Assembly: GCA_030141605.1 (NCBI GenBank)
Contig: JAQGDQ010000014.1
Coordinates: forward strand, 1,178,001 to 1,242,000
Length of the DNA stretch: 64,000 bases
From: Tubiluchus corallicola
Taxonomy: Eukaryota > Animalia > Priapulida
Direction: 5' to 3'
The notes under the pieces are model-generated. The model saw nothing but the letters and a program-made list of their open reading frames with translations, did not search any database and was not told where the DNA came from. Positions 26,221 through 39,995 of this stretch are shown here, piece after piece. The stretch's first letter is position 1; every line of letters begins with the position of its first letter. The translations under genes were made by a program, and so were the position numbers.

Positions 26221-27106
26221 GTAAGCTATTTCTTTAATGTTCCCTTTACTTTATGATTATGGGAGCAGTTTACTGCTTACAGCACCTGTTACCTGTATGT
26301 GAACCTGTTTTCTTCCTGTTGTAATTGCAAATTTATATTAACGAAGGAGACCGCTCAGTTAATTTTTTTTGTTAAAACTCGTTGGAGAAATAAAGTCTAC
26401 CTGTCCAGTCTTTGCCACTAAAATGACGGCAGTACGGTTTAGTAATCTTACCCATGGTCGGTTTTATATTTTTGTTCTTAAGATATACACATAATAAACC
26501 CCATGAAACACACCAACAATCCTTTCTGAAGCATAGAAAACTTATAAGTGGGTGCATAGCAGTCAGGCGAGGTCTAAACTCGTGACGAGGTGCAATTAAA
26601 CCTGCTTAATATCTTGCTTTAGCCTGTAGGCGATGTAAACATTGCAAGTCTTTTAGCAGCACGCCGCTACATTACGCATGACAACGGCTTATGAAATTCA
26701 GTATTAAATGACGATGATGAGGACGATAATAATGATGAATATAATGTGTGTTTTTAAGCTGATATTTCCTTTATTGATATGCAAAACACCACACAGGGTG
26801 TAACATAACCTACTAGGATGGCAACAACAACGAGTAATAGTTGCTAGCTTGCAAGTTCATCTGTGTTCGCTAAACGTTTCACCAGCATGTGAATGAGAAA
26901 ATATATCGTGGATTACACCTTACCTTCGTTTCTATAAATAGTGCAACTATTTATATTACTAATATTTACTTTCGACATAAAATCGTGTTAATTTTATACT
27001 GTGGACAACACATGGTGTAATGCAAAAGGGAAATTTAATGTAATGCACTCGGGAAAATGTTTTGAAAAATATGAAACAGAAGTGGCCCAAGTGATTATTT
27101 TAAGCA

Positions 27107-27330
27107 ACATAACATAACATAACATAACATAACATAACATAACATAACATAACATAACATAACATAACATAACATAACATAACATAACATAACATTAATT
27201 TTTATTTTATGTAGGTACATATTACAAAACATACACAATATGTAGCAGTTATTTATTAAACAATATCGTGAAGAAGGGCAGCGAAAGACCAAGTGACCAT
27301 CCAGTCAACTGCCCCATTATTAGTATTGTT
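27107..27330 (-). mobile_element. LINE/SINE 3' end with (ATGTT)n microsatellite tail
   Basis: (AACAT)n 27107..27195, then TTTATT at 27201, then stem-loop GGGCAGCGAAAGACC...CTGCCC 27276..27314, shared with the LINE end at 58164..58202. Confidence 0.7.
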
Positions 27331-27509
27331 AACATTTATTAGTGTCACTGTGTTATTTATATTAACCGAATAAGTGATGATTAAGTCAATCGATTTTGAA
27401 AGGATATTCTTATTTGCACTATGTTTTCTAATGAGGGTTTGGTAATAATTATTGTCAAACCCAAATTGTTTTAAAGTGTAAAATTGCTTGGTGTGCTACT
27501 GTTTCCAGA

Positions 27510-27680
27510 AAATCCTCCTGCTCTACAGGATAGGATGAAGTGACAAATTTCCGTTTTCTTCTATGGAAACAATCCGCTGCCGTTCTTGTTGATTCTCCAA
27601 AACTCACATTCATTCTGCGATGTTCTCCATCAATGTAGTTTTTGGTCTTCTTCTTGGTTTTCTTCCATATAATTGCCCCT
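27510..27680 (-). mobile_element. RTE-clade LINE 3' fragment
   Basis: Minus strand translates GQLYGRKPRRRPKTTLMENIAE, resembling the RTE ORF C-terminal G.R.RGRP...W.D.I motif. Confidence 0.6.
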
Positions 27681-28187
27681 TATAGACATTGTTTTGTTTT
27701 ATAAGGTAGCTTTCGATTCTTCATATTTTTCTCAATCTGTCAATCTTCCATAAAAATAATGTAGTAATTGCTTCTGGACAGAGACGAAGTTTTCTTCATA
27801 AACTATAATCATCAATAGCAGCCGATTTACTACATGCACCAAATTGAAGCGAAATTACCGCATGTTCCTGCATTATACCCTTGACGGATTAATGCATATA
27901 GATGTAATTCCACAATTCCCTGCACTCTGTAGGCCGGCACGTTTACCAAATACCAATATAAGTTGGTGATCTAAGTTGCAAAAAATGTGCCTGTAGGTAT
28001 TTAGCAGATTTCATCCTTCAATGCCCTGACGCCGGGTCATGTTTCAATTGAACATCTCGAAGTGTTCCATTTTATACTTCTTTGCTAATGGCGTTTTTAG
28101 AATTTTGCTCATCTTACATTTTCACACATTTACTTTTATTATTTAATTAACTAAGTTAACTCTATACATGCGTACGTGGTATTTTAG

Positions 28188-28452
28188 GTAAATGGTGGAG
28201 GGGACATTGTTGCCCCATTCGATCCATTGTCCAAGATTGGCGCACAAAAACTGACTGCCGTTATGCCATCTCTTCCAGCAACGCAGCTAACTACCAACCG
28301 TTCAGAAAGGTTGCCAGAAATGACGTTGGCTTACGAAAACTTGCTAAGAAGTCTCGGCGAGAACCCTAACCGAGAGGGCCTCTGCAAGACGCCAGAACGA
28401 GCGGCTAAAGCCATGTTGTTCTTTACCAAAGGTTATGAGGAGCGTCTTGAAG
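28188..28452 (+). CDS. GCH1: GTP cyclohydrolase I exon 2
   Basis: TTTTAG| acceptor, |GTCAGT donor; encodes ...[38 protein letters not shown], the start of the GCH1 core. Confidence 0.95.
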
Positions 28453-28680
28453 GTCAGTGACAATCAAAGACAATTATATGAAAAGCAGTGATCCAAAGTA
28501 AGTGAAGAGAACAAAAAGATTTAATTTTAAATGATATAAAATAACTATGGCAAAAATTAAAGTAAATAGAAGATTAATCGTGTTTTGTGTAAAACCGTGT
28601 GTTGTGTGTCAGACATTGTATACAGCAATATTGGTAAATTTCTTCGTTTACAGCTGTGTGGACTAAAATGTTGGTTGGCG

Positions 28681-28830
28681 ATGATGACGATAATGATAAT
28701 AATTACGACGATGATGACTATGATGATGTTGATGATGATGGCGATGGTGATGAAGATGATGATGTTGATGATGATGGCGATGGTGATGAAGATGAAGATG
28801 ATGATGACGATTATGACGACGACGATGAGT
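28681..28830. repeat. Degenerate (GAT)n microsatellite in GCH1 intron
   Basis: GAT/GAC/GAA triplets; source of the poly-M/I ORFs. Confidence 0.9.
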
Positions 28831-30121
28831 GATATCATAGTGATTTAAGTATCCCTATTCAATGTTGTATTGGTCATAGCTGGAACTTCATTTATCTGCA
28901 ACAAAGTAATAATTATCTATATGAAACAAATTTCACAGTGAGGTTAATTGCCTGTGAGTTCATTAAGTCTGAATAGGACTCTGTTCGGTTTAATATGTTG
29001 GGTTTAATATCACACTTGATCGGAATAACAAGTAATACAGGTTTCTTTAAAATGCATTGCGTAGTTATTTTAACGTAATCTACATAATGGGCATATAGCT
29101 TTGTTTCCTTGTAGAAATTATCTAGAATTAGCATAAACAAAACTATATGGTATCATTAATTAATTCCTAAATATTTTGACATCTTGCCCGTGAAATATTT
29201 TATGCTACAAAACCGAAAAGCTTCAAATTTTACAGGCACCTCCTCAAACCTTCAGCTGGATCAGCCAGCTGGTTAAAATCCAGAAAATCCATGCATCGTG
29301 ATTAGATCAGCCATCCAATGCATCCTTGACTAATCCTGTTTGACAGTTTACCAAGATAGACTTAATTACAGGAATCCAACACGGCAAAATGATTTATCCA
29401 ATCACACAACAAGACTATTCTTGTCTGCTTCAACAGTGCAGGCAAAATTACACAACAGTTTTATAGTGAAGTTTTGCTAATTGTATACTACATGTACGAA
29501 GTAACACAACCAAAATTTACCAGTTCAGAAAACAACAATACAAAGACATTTACCATTAAAACATTTCAGCTTTCTTTCAGCTTTTTCCTTTTCGTCTATT
29601 TCTTTTCCTGTCCCTTTCTTTCAACCACATCTCATTTCATCTCTTCTCCTTCACTCCCTCCCCTAGAGTGTTTTGTGTTCAATCATCAAAATCATTCAAA
29701 ATTGCTGCAATGCTGCCTAATTATTGTCGCGTACATTACTTGAGACTGAATGCGTCAAACGTCAATTAATACAGGCAATCCATTCAGGTAGAAATCGAAG
29801 TTATTCTCTATTGTAAGTTCAAATATTACGCCCACATCTCAGCTTCGATAGAGCTAATTATTTGTACTGACGTAATGAGACCAGTCAGGCAAAGTAACCC
29901 TTTCTGCTCTGGTTTCATTGAATTCGTGATTGAAAGGTGATTTAGCAATATCGATTATCACGTAACGCGCTTCATATTGCTTGATTACCGCTGGCGTGCT
30001 ATGTAATGTAGTCTAAATCAATGCTTCTATTTTGCAGAGATGTTGGTATAAATGCTATTTCTGGACTCTGCATACAGTTTCTTCGCGCAAACATGAATGT
30101 AAAATTAAGTTGTGCTGCCTA

Positions 30122-30780
30122 AGTTAGTTAGTTAGTTTATTGACTATAATTTCACCTACGTCGTGACTAATACACTGTAACAATGCGTAACCAGAAAAAC
30201 AACTATTGTCTAAAAGGACATTACCAAAATCTCACATCGAGAACAAAATACATTAATTGCAATGTGTTATATACACTGTTGTCATAAAAAGTACAAAACT
30301 ATACGTGACAAGTTGAAGGGCATACTCCATTGAATTAGTTGAAACCTTATTAATGATTTATGCTTGACGAAAGTCAGTGGCCCAGTCTCAAAATAACATT
30401 AATCAATCCGTAAATAAATTCAATATTTCATAACAAATTTCAAATGTGTGTTCCTTTTCAAATACATCAACAATATTAGCAAAATTCGTGAACTATTTTC
30501 TAACATTTTCGGGTTTTTGGGCAAGCAGTTAAAACATGCTCTTCGGTCTGGATAGCACATTTCACACAATCTGTTGTCCAACAATGGATGACGTCATATT
30601 ATGTACATTTACAATAGCTTTAAACGAAATGAACCAGGTGAAAGTTCTGTGACAAGTCGGTTCTTGAACCAAAACGAAGTTTATCTGATATTATAATTGC
30701 ACTTGGCGGCTTTTCTTTGAATAGCTTTTAAAATTCTGATGTATTTCCAATGCTATGACCAGATTAGAGAACAATGTTTC
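30122..30780 (-). mobile_element. LINE ORF2 C-terminal fragment with zinc knuckle and 3' tail
   Basis: Minus strand: NRLCE/CAIQTEEHVLTACPK (CCHC knuckle, frameshifted); ends AATAAA + (CTAA)n at 30122..30141. Confidence 0.65.
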
Positions 30781-32999
30781 ACGATTGTAAACTAGATCAA
30801 CTTGAAAATGTGTAAATTCGCTCCATTACAAACCTAGACGCCCTATAATTGATAGCTAATCTTCCCTACATATCTTTTGCTAAATAAAGAAATAAGTACT
30901 CGGGAGAGTATTTATTAATTAATTAATTAGTATTATATGAGCCAGCGTGAAATAACCTGATTTGTTAAAGCGTAAATAAGTAGTTATACATTTTAGCTGC
31001 AAGTACAATAATTAGTTTTGATAATAATATGAATCACTCACTCTCTCTTTCTCTCACCCTCCCCTTTCTAGCTCAATAGACGCAGTTTAACAACACCCAA
31101 TATATATATATACTGATACTTTTACACAAATAAATATGCCATTGACTATCATACATGTGCGATATTGAATTCGATTTTACTTTACAGAATCATAAATTAT
31201 AGAATATCATTAAACTGCAGATTATCTAAAAAGAAAGTCACTTCTGGTTAAGTCGTTTAAAACATCTTTAACAAATGAAAGAATGTGGCGTTGAGCCCTG
31301 TAAGCTCTCTAGCTTTCTTACATATAAATCTTTTAATTTTTAAATAATCGCATTTGTCGTAGTTATTTACATTTAATATATTGCAGTTTGTAACCCAATG
31401 TTGACTGCATTTCTCGCAAAAAAGTTCACAAGCGTATTTTTGCTATTAATACTTGACATAAATATTTTTACAAATCTGATTTCGAACTGGGTACTCGGAC
31501 GAAGCACACCCGAAAAGTGAGGAAAATCTATGAGTCTGGTATGGTAAATGCCATAATTTACGCTTCAGGCAGTATCAAAGTTACTAATAAGAGTGTTATC
31601 AAGCTTCCATATTTGTAAGGCCATAAAAATTGTGACAGTACAATTGAAATATTTTAGTCTTAATACAACTATTAAGAAACGAGACGTCACATATAACACT
31701 ATTTGCACGACAAATGAAATCTCCACGTTTACATAGAATTTCGTCGTTATCCGACAAATCAGATGTCAGAGTGGTACCAAGGCGCAGCATTTTGTCGCAA
31801 AATGACATCGGTGCGTTACTGAGTTTTACTGTAGGATGTAAATTGTATGGAACAGTCTTAGGAAATATACTCATCTAGTCATGTTATTTTTAAGAACTGG
31901 AAAACAGGTTTTCATTTACGTGAATATCTAAACGACACAATAATGTTAAATAAATAACTAATACTGCCTGTAGAGTAACGTTAATTTCGTGAAGGCATCC
32001 GGCGTTTATAAAATGTCTGGCAGGTTGGCAACTGGACCTGCATACGGATAAAGGTGGCTTGGGTTGTGCGTAAAAATAAAAAAGAGTGTGCCAGTGCAAG
32101 GCAAGGAAATTCAAAAAACAATCAAAGCAACCAAATATAAGGCTAATGTAGGACTTAGGCATACATGGTTGTATTTCTGAGGACCGAGGATTCAGCATGA
32201 CGTAACGTGAACCGAACGTAGATCATCTTGATAAACTGGTAGTGACCTTTTGTTACGTTCAATTTCATTGAAAATTCTTTGCAATTTCTGCACATGCGCG
32301 TTTAAACCCATTTCCTGCTTCTGTTTGTTCAGAAGGGCAGGTTTCATCTGTATGTTTGTCGAGTAACGTAACTTTCATTTTCAATTTCCTATCAACGATT
32401 GAGTGTTATAAGGCTATTGAATGACACATCAAATAATAACTTTCTCTTTATAATTATTTGCTTTCATACCAAAGCTATTCACTTTAGAAATTTGCACTTG
32501 TTGCAGTTAACTACGTTTAAGCGTACACATACAAGATACTTAAGCAAGGATTGGTGATTCAGTGATTAGAGTCTGATGGAATTTCCAAGCTGGAGTTTTG
32601 TTTATAGTGGTCCTATAATGTTTGCTTGATAAATAACACTTCACGAATATGTCAGCCAATGTTAGATCAGATAGATTAAAACGGAAAATTTTCAAGCATG
32701 ACCAAATAAGGTCAGCAGCTATAAGACAAAATGTCTAAGGAATTCTAAAAAAATATATTTCGGAAATGTGAGGCCAGTCTTAAACTTTGGGAAAACCTAT
32801 AAAGTGGAAAAATATCAAGTAAGTTTCCAAATCAATTATAGACTAGTTGACAATGTTTCTGACGTGGTCAGAAACTGAAGATTTTGCAAACAATACAGTC
32901 AATAGTTACAGAACTGTGCACTGAAAAGACGCCAGCCTTTCTTTGAAAGCTCTAACTTTGTTTTATTGAATTCGCTTTGCTTGAATGCATAGAAACTAT

Positions 33000-33766
33000 A
33001 CTTCTTTATAACCAATCTCGGCATAACTTATATAATTAAATTTGCCTCATTCAGACCTTTCATTTGATGTAATACAAGCTAGCTCGGTTAACAATGGAAC
33101 AAATTTGTCTCCTTGACCCTTACTTTGACTTTACCGGGGTTGGGGATCAATCAATCTCGGTGTAACTTACATCATTTAGTTTGTCTCATGGAGACCTTTA
33201 TTTGATGTAATACAAGCTACTTTCGGTTAACACTGGAAGATATTTGTCTCTTCAATCCCCATTTTCACCCCTAGATGGGTCACAGGTTAACCATTCTCAA
33301 TGTAACATATACAATTCGATTCCTCGCAACGAGGCTTTTCATTTGACATGCTACATGGTACTATTCCTAGATACGTTATGCATTTCTCTTCCCGACCTCC
33401 ATTTTTTTATTTTTGCCCCTATAGGGGTCAGTGATCAACTAATCTCAGTGCTATTATTACTATTCAGTTTGCCTCATCGAGACCTTTCATTTGATGTACT
33501 ATAAGCTAGCTTCGGTCAACACTGGAATGCATTTGTCTACTCGACCCATATTTTACCTCCTAGCGGGGTTTCAGGTTAACCGTTCTCATTGTTATTTATG
33601 CCGTTCGATTTGCCTCATCGAGACCTTTCATTTGATATGCTACACTCTATACATTTCTCTATACAAAACCGATCGCGATTTTTCGGTTTTTGCCCCCTAG
33701 CGGAATATTTTCCTATACGCGCATGTCTCATATTTTGTGATGCACAAGGGCGAGGCACCACCTAGC
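33000..33766 (+). mobile_element. Helitron/Helentron-like element with five internal ~140-bp degenerate tandem units
   Basis: Core TTTGCCTCATCGAGACCTTTCATTTGATG at about 33041, 33180, 33320, 33468 and 33609; 3' part homologous to the 24116 copy; ends CTAG. Confidence 0.6.
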
Positions 33767-35585
33767 AACGTGTCCAATATTGTGGCACTAGCTCTAAAAC
33801 TATAGCAACAGAAGGATCCTGAAGAAAAATAAGTGAAAACCCGCCTGCTCCGTGACCTTTGACCCGGCAACTCGGGTCACACTTATACATAGTTCCCTTC
33901 CCCAGAGAGTGTACTCTGTGAGTTTTGTGTTCTTAGCCCTAACCGTGTAAAAGGTTGCCAAATGGGGGAGGACCCCAAATTTCGCTTTTTGGCCCTTCCC
34001 TCGGCCGTCTAAAGCTTGCCCCTTTCTAAAACCCCAGGTGCACATCTGTCACACAGTACCCAAATACTTGTGAAAAAAAAATTGAAAAAAAAACGAGAGC
34101 CCTAGGAGAAGTTGCGACCTAAAGGAAAAACTGATATACGTTTACTGCCTTTCCCTCTTAACCAGAGGTCAGATGTTACCAAACTGTTGTTCGAGCCCCG
34201 CCCAGGGCTATCCACCCTGTGAGTTTTGGGACCCTAGCTTGCAAGACTTACGAGTTATTAAGCAATAAAAATGCAGAGAATCTATATATCAATTTCTAAA
34301 TAAATAATAACCGTATGAAAAACAGTAAGATTGTTAAAGCACAAGAAAACCTTCTACTTACATAAAGCTTAAAAAATTTGTCTCGAAATTTTATACGACT
34401 TAGATACTACCTTCTCGTATGCATGGCTTGCATTGACCGTAACGCTGTATAAAACGCGTAAAATTAAACTCCCGAGATGACCGTTAGGCGCAGCCATTTT
34501 AATAGTTGATCGTTTGAAACGAGTTTGACAACATTAAGTAAAATTTGAAAAAATAATCAGAGCATTCGTAGCATACATGTTGCTAATTAAGTAAAAAAAT
34601 TTGTGTAAGCACCAGCAGCAATAACAGTACCAGCAGCAGTAGCAACAACAACAACAATACATATGCTATAACACTGGTGCAACAGCCTATATTATTTCCA
34701 AAATGTTGTAACATCGGTGATGTTATCATAACTTTAATATCAAGGCTAATATTAATGATGCTAGAAACACATGATTAAAATTTGATACTGAACGCGAAAA
34801 ACAGGAAATGTAACAAAGTGGACACATGTTGTAAGGTTGGCCCTACGTATATATTATTATCTAATTAAGAAACTTTTACATTTCGCTTTACACTTTACAA
34901 TGTCGTTGTTGTGCTTAAAAATAAATGTCTTTGCTAGCCTAGAAAAGTGGTCTCAGATCTATTTGCAGTTTGACATACTTTTCGTTGTAAACATGACTGT
35001 TGACGTTACGGTCTTATGACCCGACGTCATAGTACCTGCGGGTACAAACTATTAATTACAGGCTGTTGTAAGTAAGGGCGGGTTTATTTTGTTAGTCTTT
35101 TGTTCTTTATTTAAACCGAATTTAGTCCAACAATTCCCAAACTAGTTGCTGTTATTGTGTTTAGTGACCAAAGCGTGAACTGTTCATGATATTTTTACTA
35201 TTTAAGTGCTTTTTAAACATTTACTAAAGCTGCATTGAGGAACACTTATTTTTGCGTATAACTAAAACTAAAATTTAATCAACAAATTCGCGATCATAAA
35301 CAAAAGTACTTTCAAATATCCATTAGAGTGCTGTACTCCTTTTTGCCTTGAAGTTTAAAAATAACTGCATATCACAAAATACAAATCATAATATCTAACA
35401 CCTAGTCACATGAGTGAAGCTGTTTTTTAGATAAAATCTAAATCATGTTTTAACTTTAAACAGCAAATATTCAGATTATTTTGAAACCTGGTAAACTTAC
35501 TGTTACTCATTAAACATGGAAGAAAATCAAATACGAGGCAAAATCATATTAAAGATAAACAAACACAAGATGTAATAGACTAGGT

Positions 35586-35816
<231 letters not shown>

Positions 35817-36090
35817 TTTTATTGAATGTCGGCAAACCGTCTGGCTGTGCAATTGTGCAACTGGGCCGAGGCTTAAGAAAGTTATGGTGAAACTCTTTCT
35901 GCGTCAAACAGCCGCGTCCCTTCTATAACTCAGTCATATCTTTGGTGAGGATGCGTCAGTGACGTCGATGAAATCAGGAACGGAGGTCAGCTAGCAGACA
36001 TTTCTGGCCAGTCCAGCTAAAAGATATTTTTAAAATGCTTTGTTTTTATTTTTGCTTAAAAAATTAATAAATTGATTTGCACAGCATTGA

Positions 36091-36228
<138 letters not shown>

Positions 36229-37502
36229 TAGTAACGTTTTTATTTAGTAAATAACTTTCACAGAAAGGTCCCATTTCAAAAACAGACGTCCATTTAGGCA
36301 TATATCTGGTAGTCGATGGCATATAGTTTCGCAATTTTTAAATAAGTAGATAAATCGTATTTCAGCTGAAGTTGGTGCAAATGAAGGCTGTATCAAAAGG
36401 CTGTATAAAACTGGATGTACCTAAAAGAACCCCATGTTTGTCCTGCATTTGGGTCACTCTAATGGAAAGATCTACCAGTTCTTTGACAGGATTACACACT
36501 CATTGAGGGTTTTTTGTAATTTTTGTTCATGGAACAGTTAGCGCATTACGTTATATAGGCAACCCCGATTTCTTAATTAGCTCCACAACAATAAAAGGCA
36601 GCTAAAGAGAAGTATTAATTTGCCTGATTATAACAGCAAAATGCTCCTATAATAATGGACTGTAGTTCCACAGACCAGTTAGTCGCTCACGCTCTTAAAT
36701 CAGCAGGGAATACAAAATATCATTAGGTGTCAAAATGTAGTTTAGACATTGCTGATAACCAGTTCATATTTAATATTAACGAAATGGGCGGGTAGAAGAG
36801 CAATTTTTTGGGAATTAATTGCAACGCAAATGCTTTTTGTTTCTTCAGAATCAGTATGCTATGTAGTATTCCTTTTGTTACGTTTTATTTCATTGAAAAT
36901 TTCTTCTATTTTCATTTGCCCCAGAAGTGGTGCTGACAAGCCACTGGCATAGCAGTGTCTAGTTTTTTTACTGGATTACTGCTGTGTTCACGTGTCTTTA
37001 GGGCGGTTTCCTTTTATTTTGGAAGTCTGCCGGCCTAATGTCTACAATAGACCTAATTGGCATATGATGATGATGATGTAGTATTCCCCCAAGATATATC
37101 ATCCTTGGGGAAATTTTTTAGGGCCGGTTGAAATTTAGGAATGTCCCTCACAGCAATGACCTTAACAACCATGCCGTTATAAAGCATACTATATAAAGCA
37201 GAGCTTATAAAGCAGTCTAGCCTAGCTTACCATATGTGGCTAATAATATAACATATTATACTCCTAAACTATTTTCCGTGGTATCTGTTTATGTTAGCAA
37301 CAGCATTCTAAAGGAAGGTCAGATTGAAAAATAGTTCGGGAAACCTCTATTTTCACCATTATAGGAACAGACAACAAATACAAACAAAGTCACCCGTCAA
37401 ATCTTAAATGGCTACAACATTGTATATCCTCATGCTGTTGTCTCCCGACTTTATTAATCAGCACTTACCTGGAGTATTCAGCGGACGCAAATTTTCTTAC
37501 AG

Positions 37503-37558
37503 GTTTCTATAGGATATTTGCCCAACAAGCGAGTTCTCGGTCTTAGCAAAATCGCAAG
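37503..37558 (+). CDS. GCH1: GTP cyclohydrolase I exon 4 (56 nt)
   Basis: VSIGYLPNKRVLGLSKIAR; CTTACAG| and |GTAAAT. Confidence 0.97.
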
Positions 37559-38360
37559 GTAAATCTATTAATTTTCTTATTTTGATATCAAAGCTTATAT
37601 TAGGTTCTTTACTAGCAGATGTCTGCGATTTACAAACCTGTTTATGTACTTGCTAAATGTTATAATAAATGGTGTTAGAGGTCTAGGATATAGACTAGAT
37701 ATACAAGGATATATACAAAAGCTAGGATATTGCAAACAATGATTACATAAATACTTGAAAATCAGTTGGCATCATGTAATAATTGGCCTTAATAGCATAG
37801 GCCTTAATTTATAGTATACTGTTATGCTTAGTTTTAAAACAAAGTTTGTACTGATAACTACTATATCCACAAGTCAAATAGTACAGATGTAGTTTAAGAT
37901 GTAAAAAAAGATGCTACTTCTTTTGAACGAATCAGTATGTATCTATTACTAACTTGAATTATGAATTACCCATACGTGTGAGCCAGACCAAGGTCAAAAT
38001 ACGCAAGGAAAATGAGTTTCGTTCTTTTAGTCTGTAACCAGTTAATAATAAGTAGTTAACAAAATGTACAGTTTGTGAGGATGCGGATGGTATTGTTATA
38101 TTCATACTTTTGAATTCGCGTTTTATAATTATAGCAAATATTAGCACAATGTTGTCAACTCCTAAATACGTATTAAAATTTACACATGCAGAACAGTCTG
38201 TTATCCACTTCGATTAGTAAAACAAAGTTAATGTGCGCACGAAACAGCGCTTTTTAGAAGGCTGATTTCCTAAACTATAAACTACTATAACTATAAGTTA
38301 TATTATTATTCTATTAAGAATTAGATCTTGAAGTTTATTGTTTTTGTATTTCTCGTTTAG

Positions 38361-38392
38361 GATAGTGGAAGTTTACAGCAGACGATTACAAG
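38361..38392 (+). CDS. GCH1: GTP cyclohydrolase I exon 5 (32 nt)
   Basis: IVEVYSRRLQ; GTTTAG| and |GTAAGC. Confidence 0.97.
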
Positions 38393-39877
38393 GTAAGCTC
38401 ATTTTCTGAAGTCCTATAATTGTTATCATTATTAATGAAGCGTATTTGTTTTAACTAAACTTGATTCATCTTAAACCCATAATAATGCATAATCCTGCAC
38501 TAGCAAATATGAAAGGGCCTCATGATAATACGAAAATGCCTCTTGATGTAAAGCGTTTTATTTGGTATATGTATTCCAAAGATCATTCTACATGGAACTC
38601 GCTTATGTCCAGCGGACAAAAAGTAAAATCTGTTTGCAACATATTGACTGTCTGATACAGATTTTTGCTCATGAGTCGAAACGGTGCCCGATAAACGCTA
38701 TTTAACCAACATTGTGGCACACAGATTTTTATTAAATGTGCTTAAATCTGACCTGTGTGTGTGGGCTTGACTAAACAAAACCAGGCAAACCAAAAAAAGC
38801 GATCGCTCAGTGGGTGTCACCTAATAATTGATTGCTTAGGTTACACATTTGCAGAGTTTGCTTCATGTAAAAGTTGTCACGTGCGGGCAAATTTGTGTGA
38901 GACGGTTTTGTGTGACGTACACTTTCCTCTCGGGCAGTTTTTTGCCAGGTGCAACTAGTATTAGTCGGCAATACTAAACAAAACCAGGCAAACCAATGGC
39001 TAAGCGAGAAAAAATCCCTCTTGACTCTCTTACACGAACTTTATAAATTCTCTGTTTACATTTTACAGCAAACGCAACAAAATTGCGTCAGAGTGTAAAA
39101 TCTCGTGTGTTTATGACGTTCAGCTTTTAAGCTTTATGTTACTTGGCAGCATTTGTACCGCATTAGCAAATACATGCCGCTAGTGAAAATTTTCAGAACG
39201 GTTTGGTTGGCACTCAGAAAATGTTGTTGAGATCAGTACATTAATCCTCATTAATCGCTTTAGTGGAAATTCACAAGGAATTCACCTTTCAGCGCCTTTC
39301 GCCTATAGTTGGTGTAACTCGACATGAGTTATTCAGTGCCCTTTATCCGCGATTTCAATGTCTGCTAAGAGAGATATGGATATCACTTCCCATTTAGTAG
39401 TCCAAAACGATGGCCCATCGTTTGTTTTTACCGATCATATTCGTTTGTGAAGGGACCAATTTCCGTCCTCGGGTGAGTTCCGTTGAAAGAACATTCACAA
39501 CTTTTCAAATTCAAAGTAACTTTTAATAAAGACAATTGCAAAGTTATACATAGATAGTACCATGCGTAATTCGTACTTTTGTTTTTCTTCTTCGCCTTTT
39601 CTTGGTCCGACTTCTAACCATTTTATATATCCTATTATTTGCATTTAATAAAAGGGATTAGGGCGATATAACGTTTAACATTGCATTGTTCTTCTTACAC
39701 ATTCGCTTACAGTTAGTTACCAACGCAAAAGAACACTAGATATTGCATGGTAGCATGTTGTGTATTAACTTTTAATCAAGTGTCAACAGGCAATGCAGCA
39801 ACCATGTTTGATCACGCTGACTTGCAGCTTTAATATCACCTGATTGCATCTAATTTTCTTCATATTGATGATTTCAG

Positions 39878-39962
39878 TACAAGAGAGGTTGACAAAGCAA
39901 ATAGCGATAGCCCTAACTCAAGCAATACAGCCAGCAGGCGTGGGTGTAGTCATCGAAGCAAC
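39878..39962 (+). CDS. GCH1: GTP cyclohydrolase I exon 6 (85 nt)
   Basis: [29 protein letters not shown]; TTTCAG| and |GTGAGT. Confidence 0.97.
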
Positions 39963-39995
39963 GTGAGTGTTATGAAACCATTGCTTTTAGACCGG

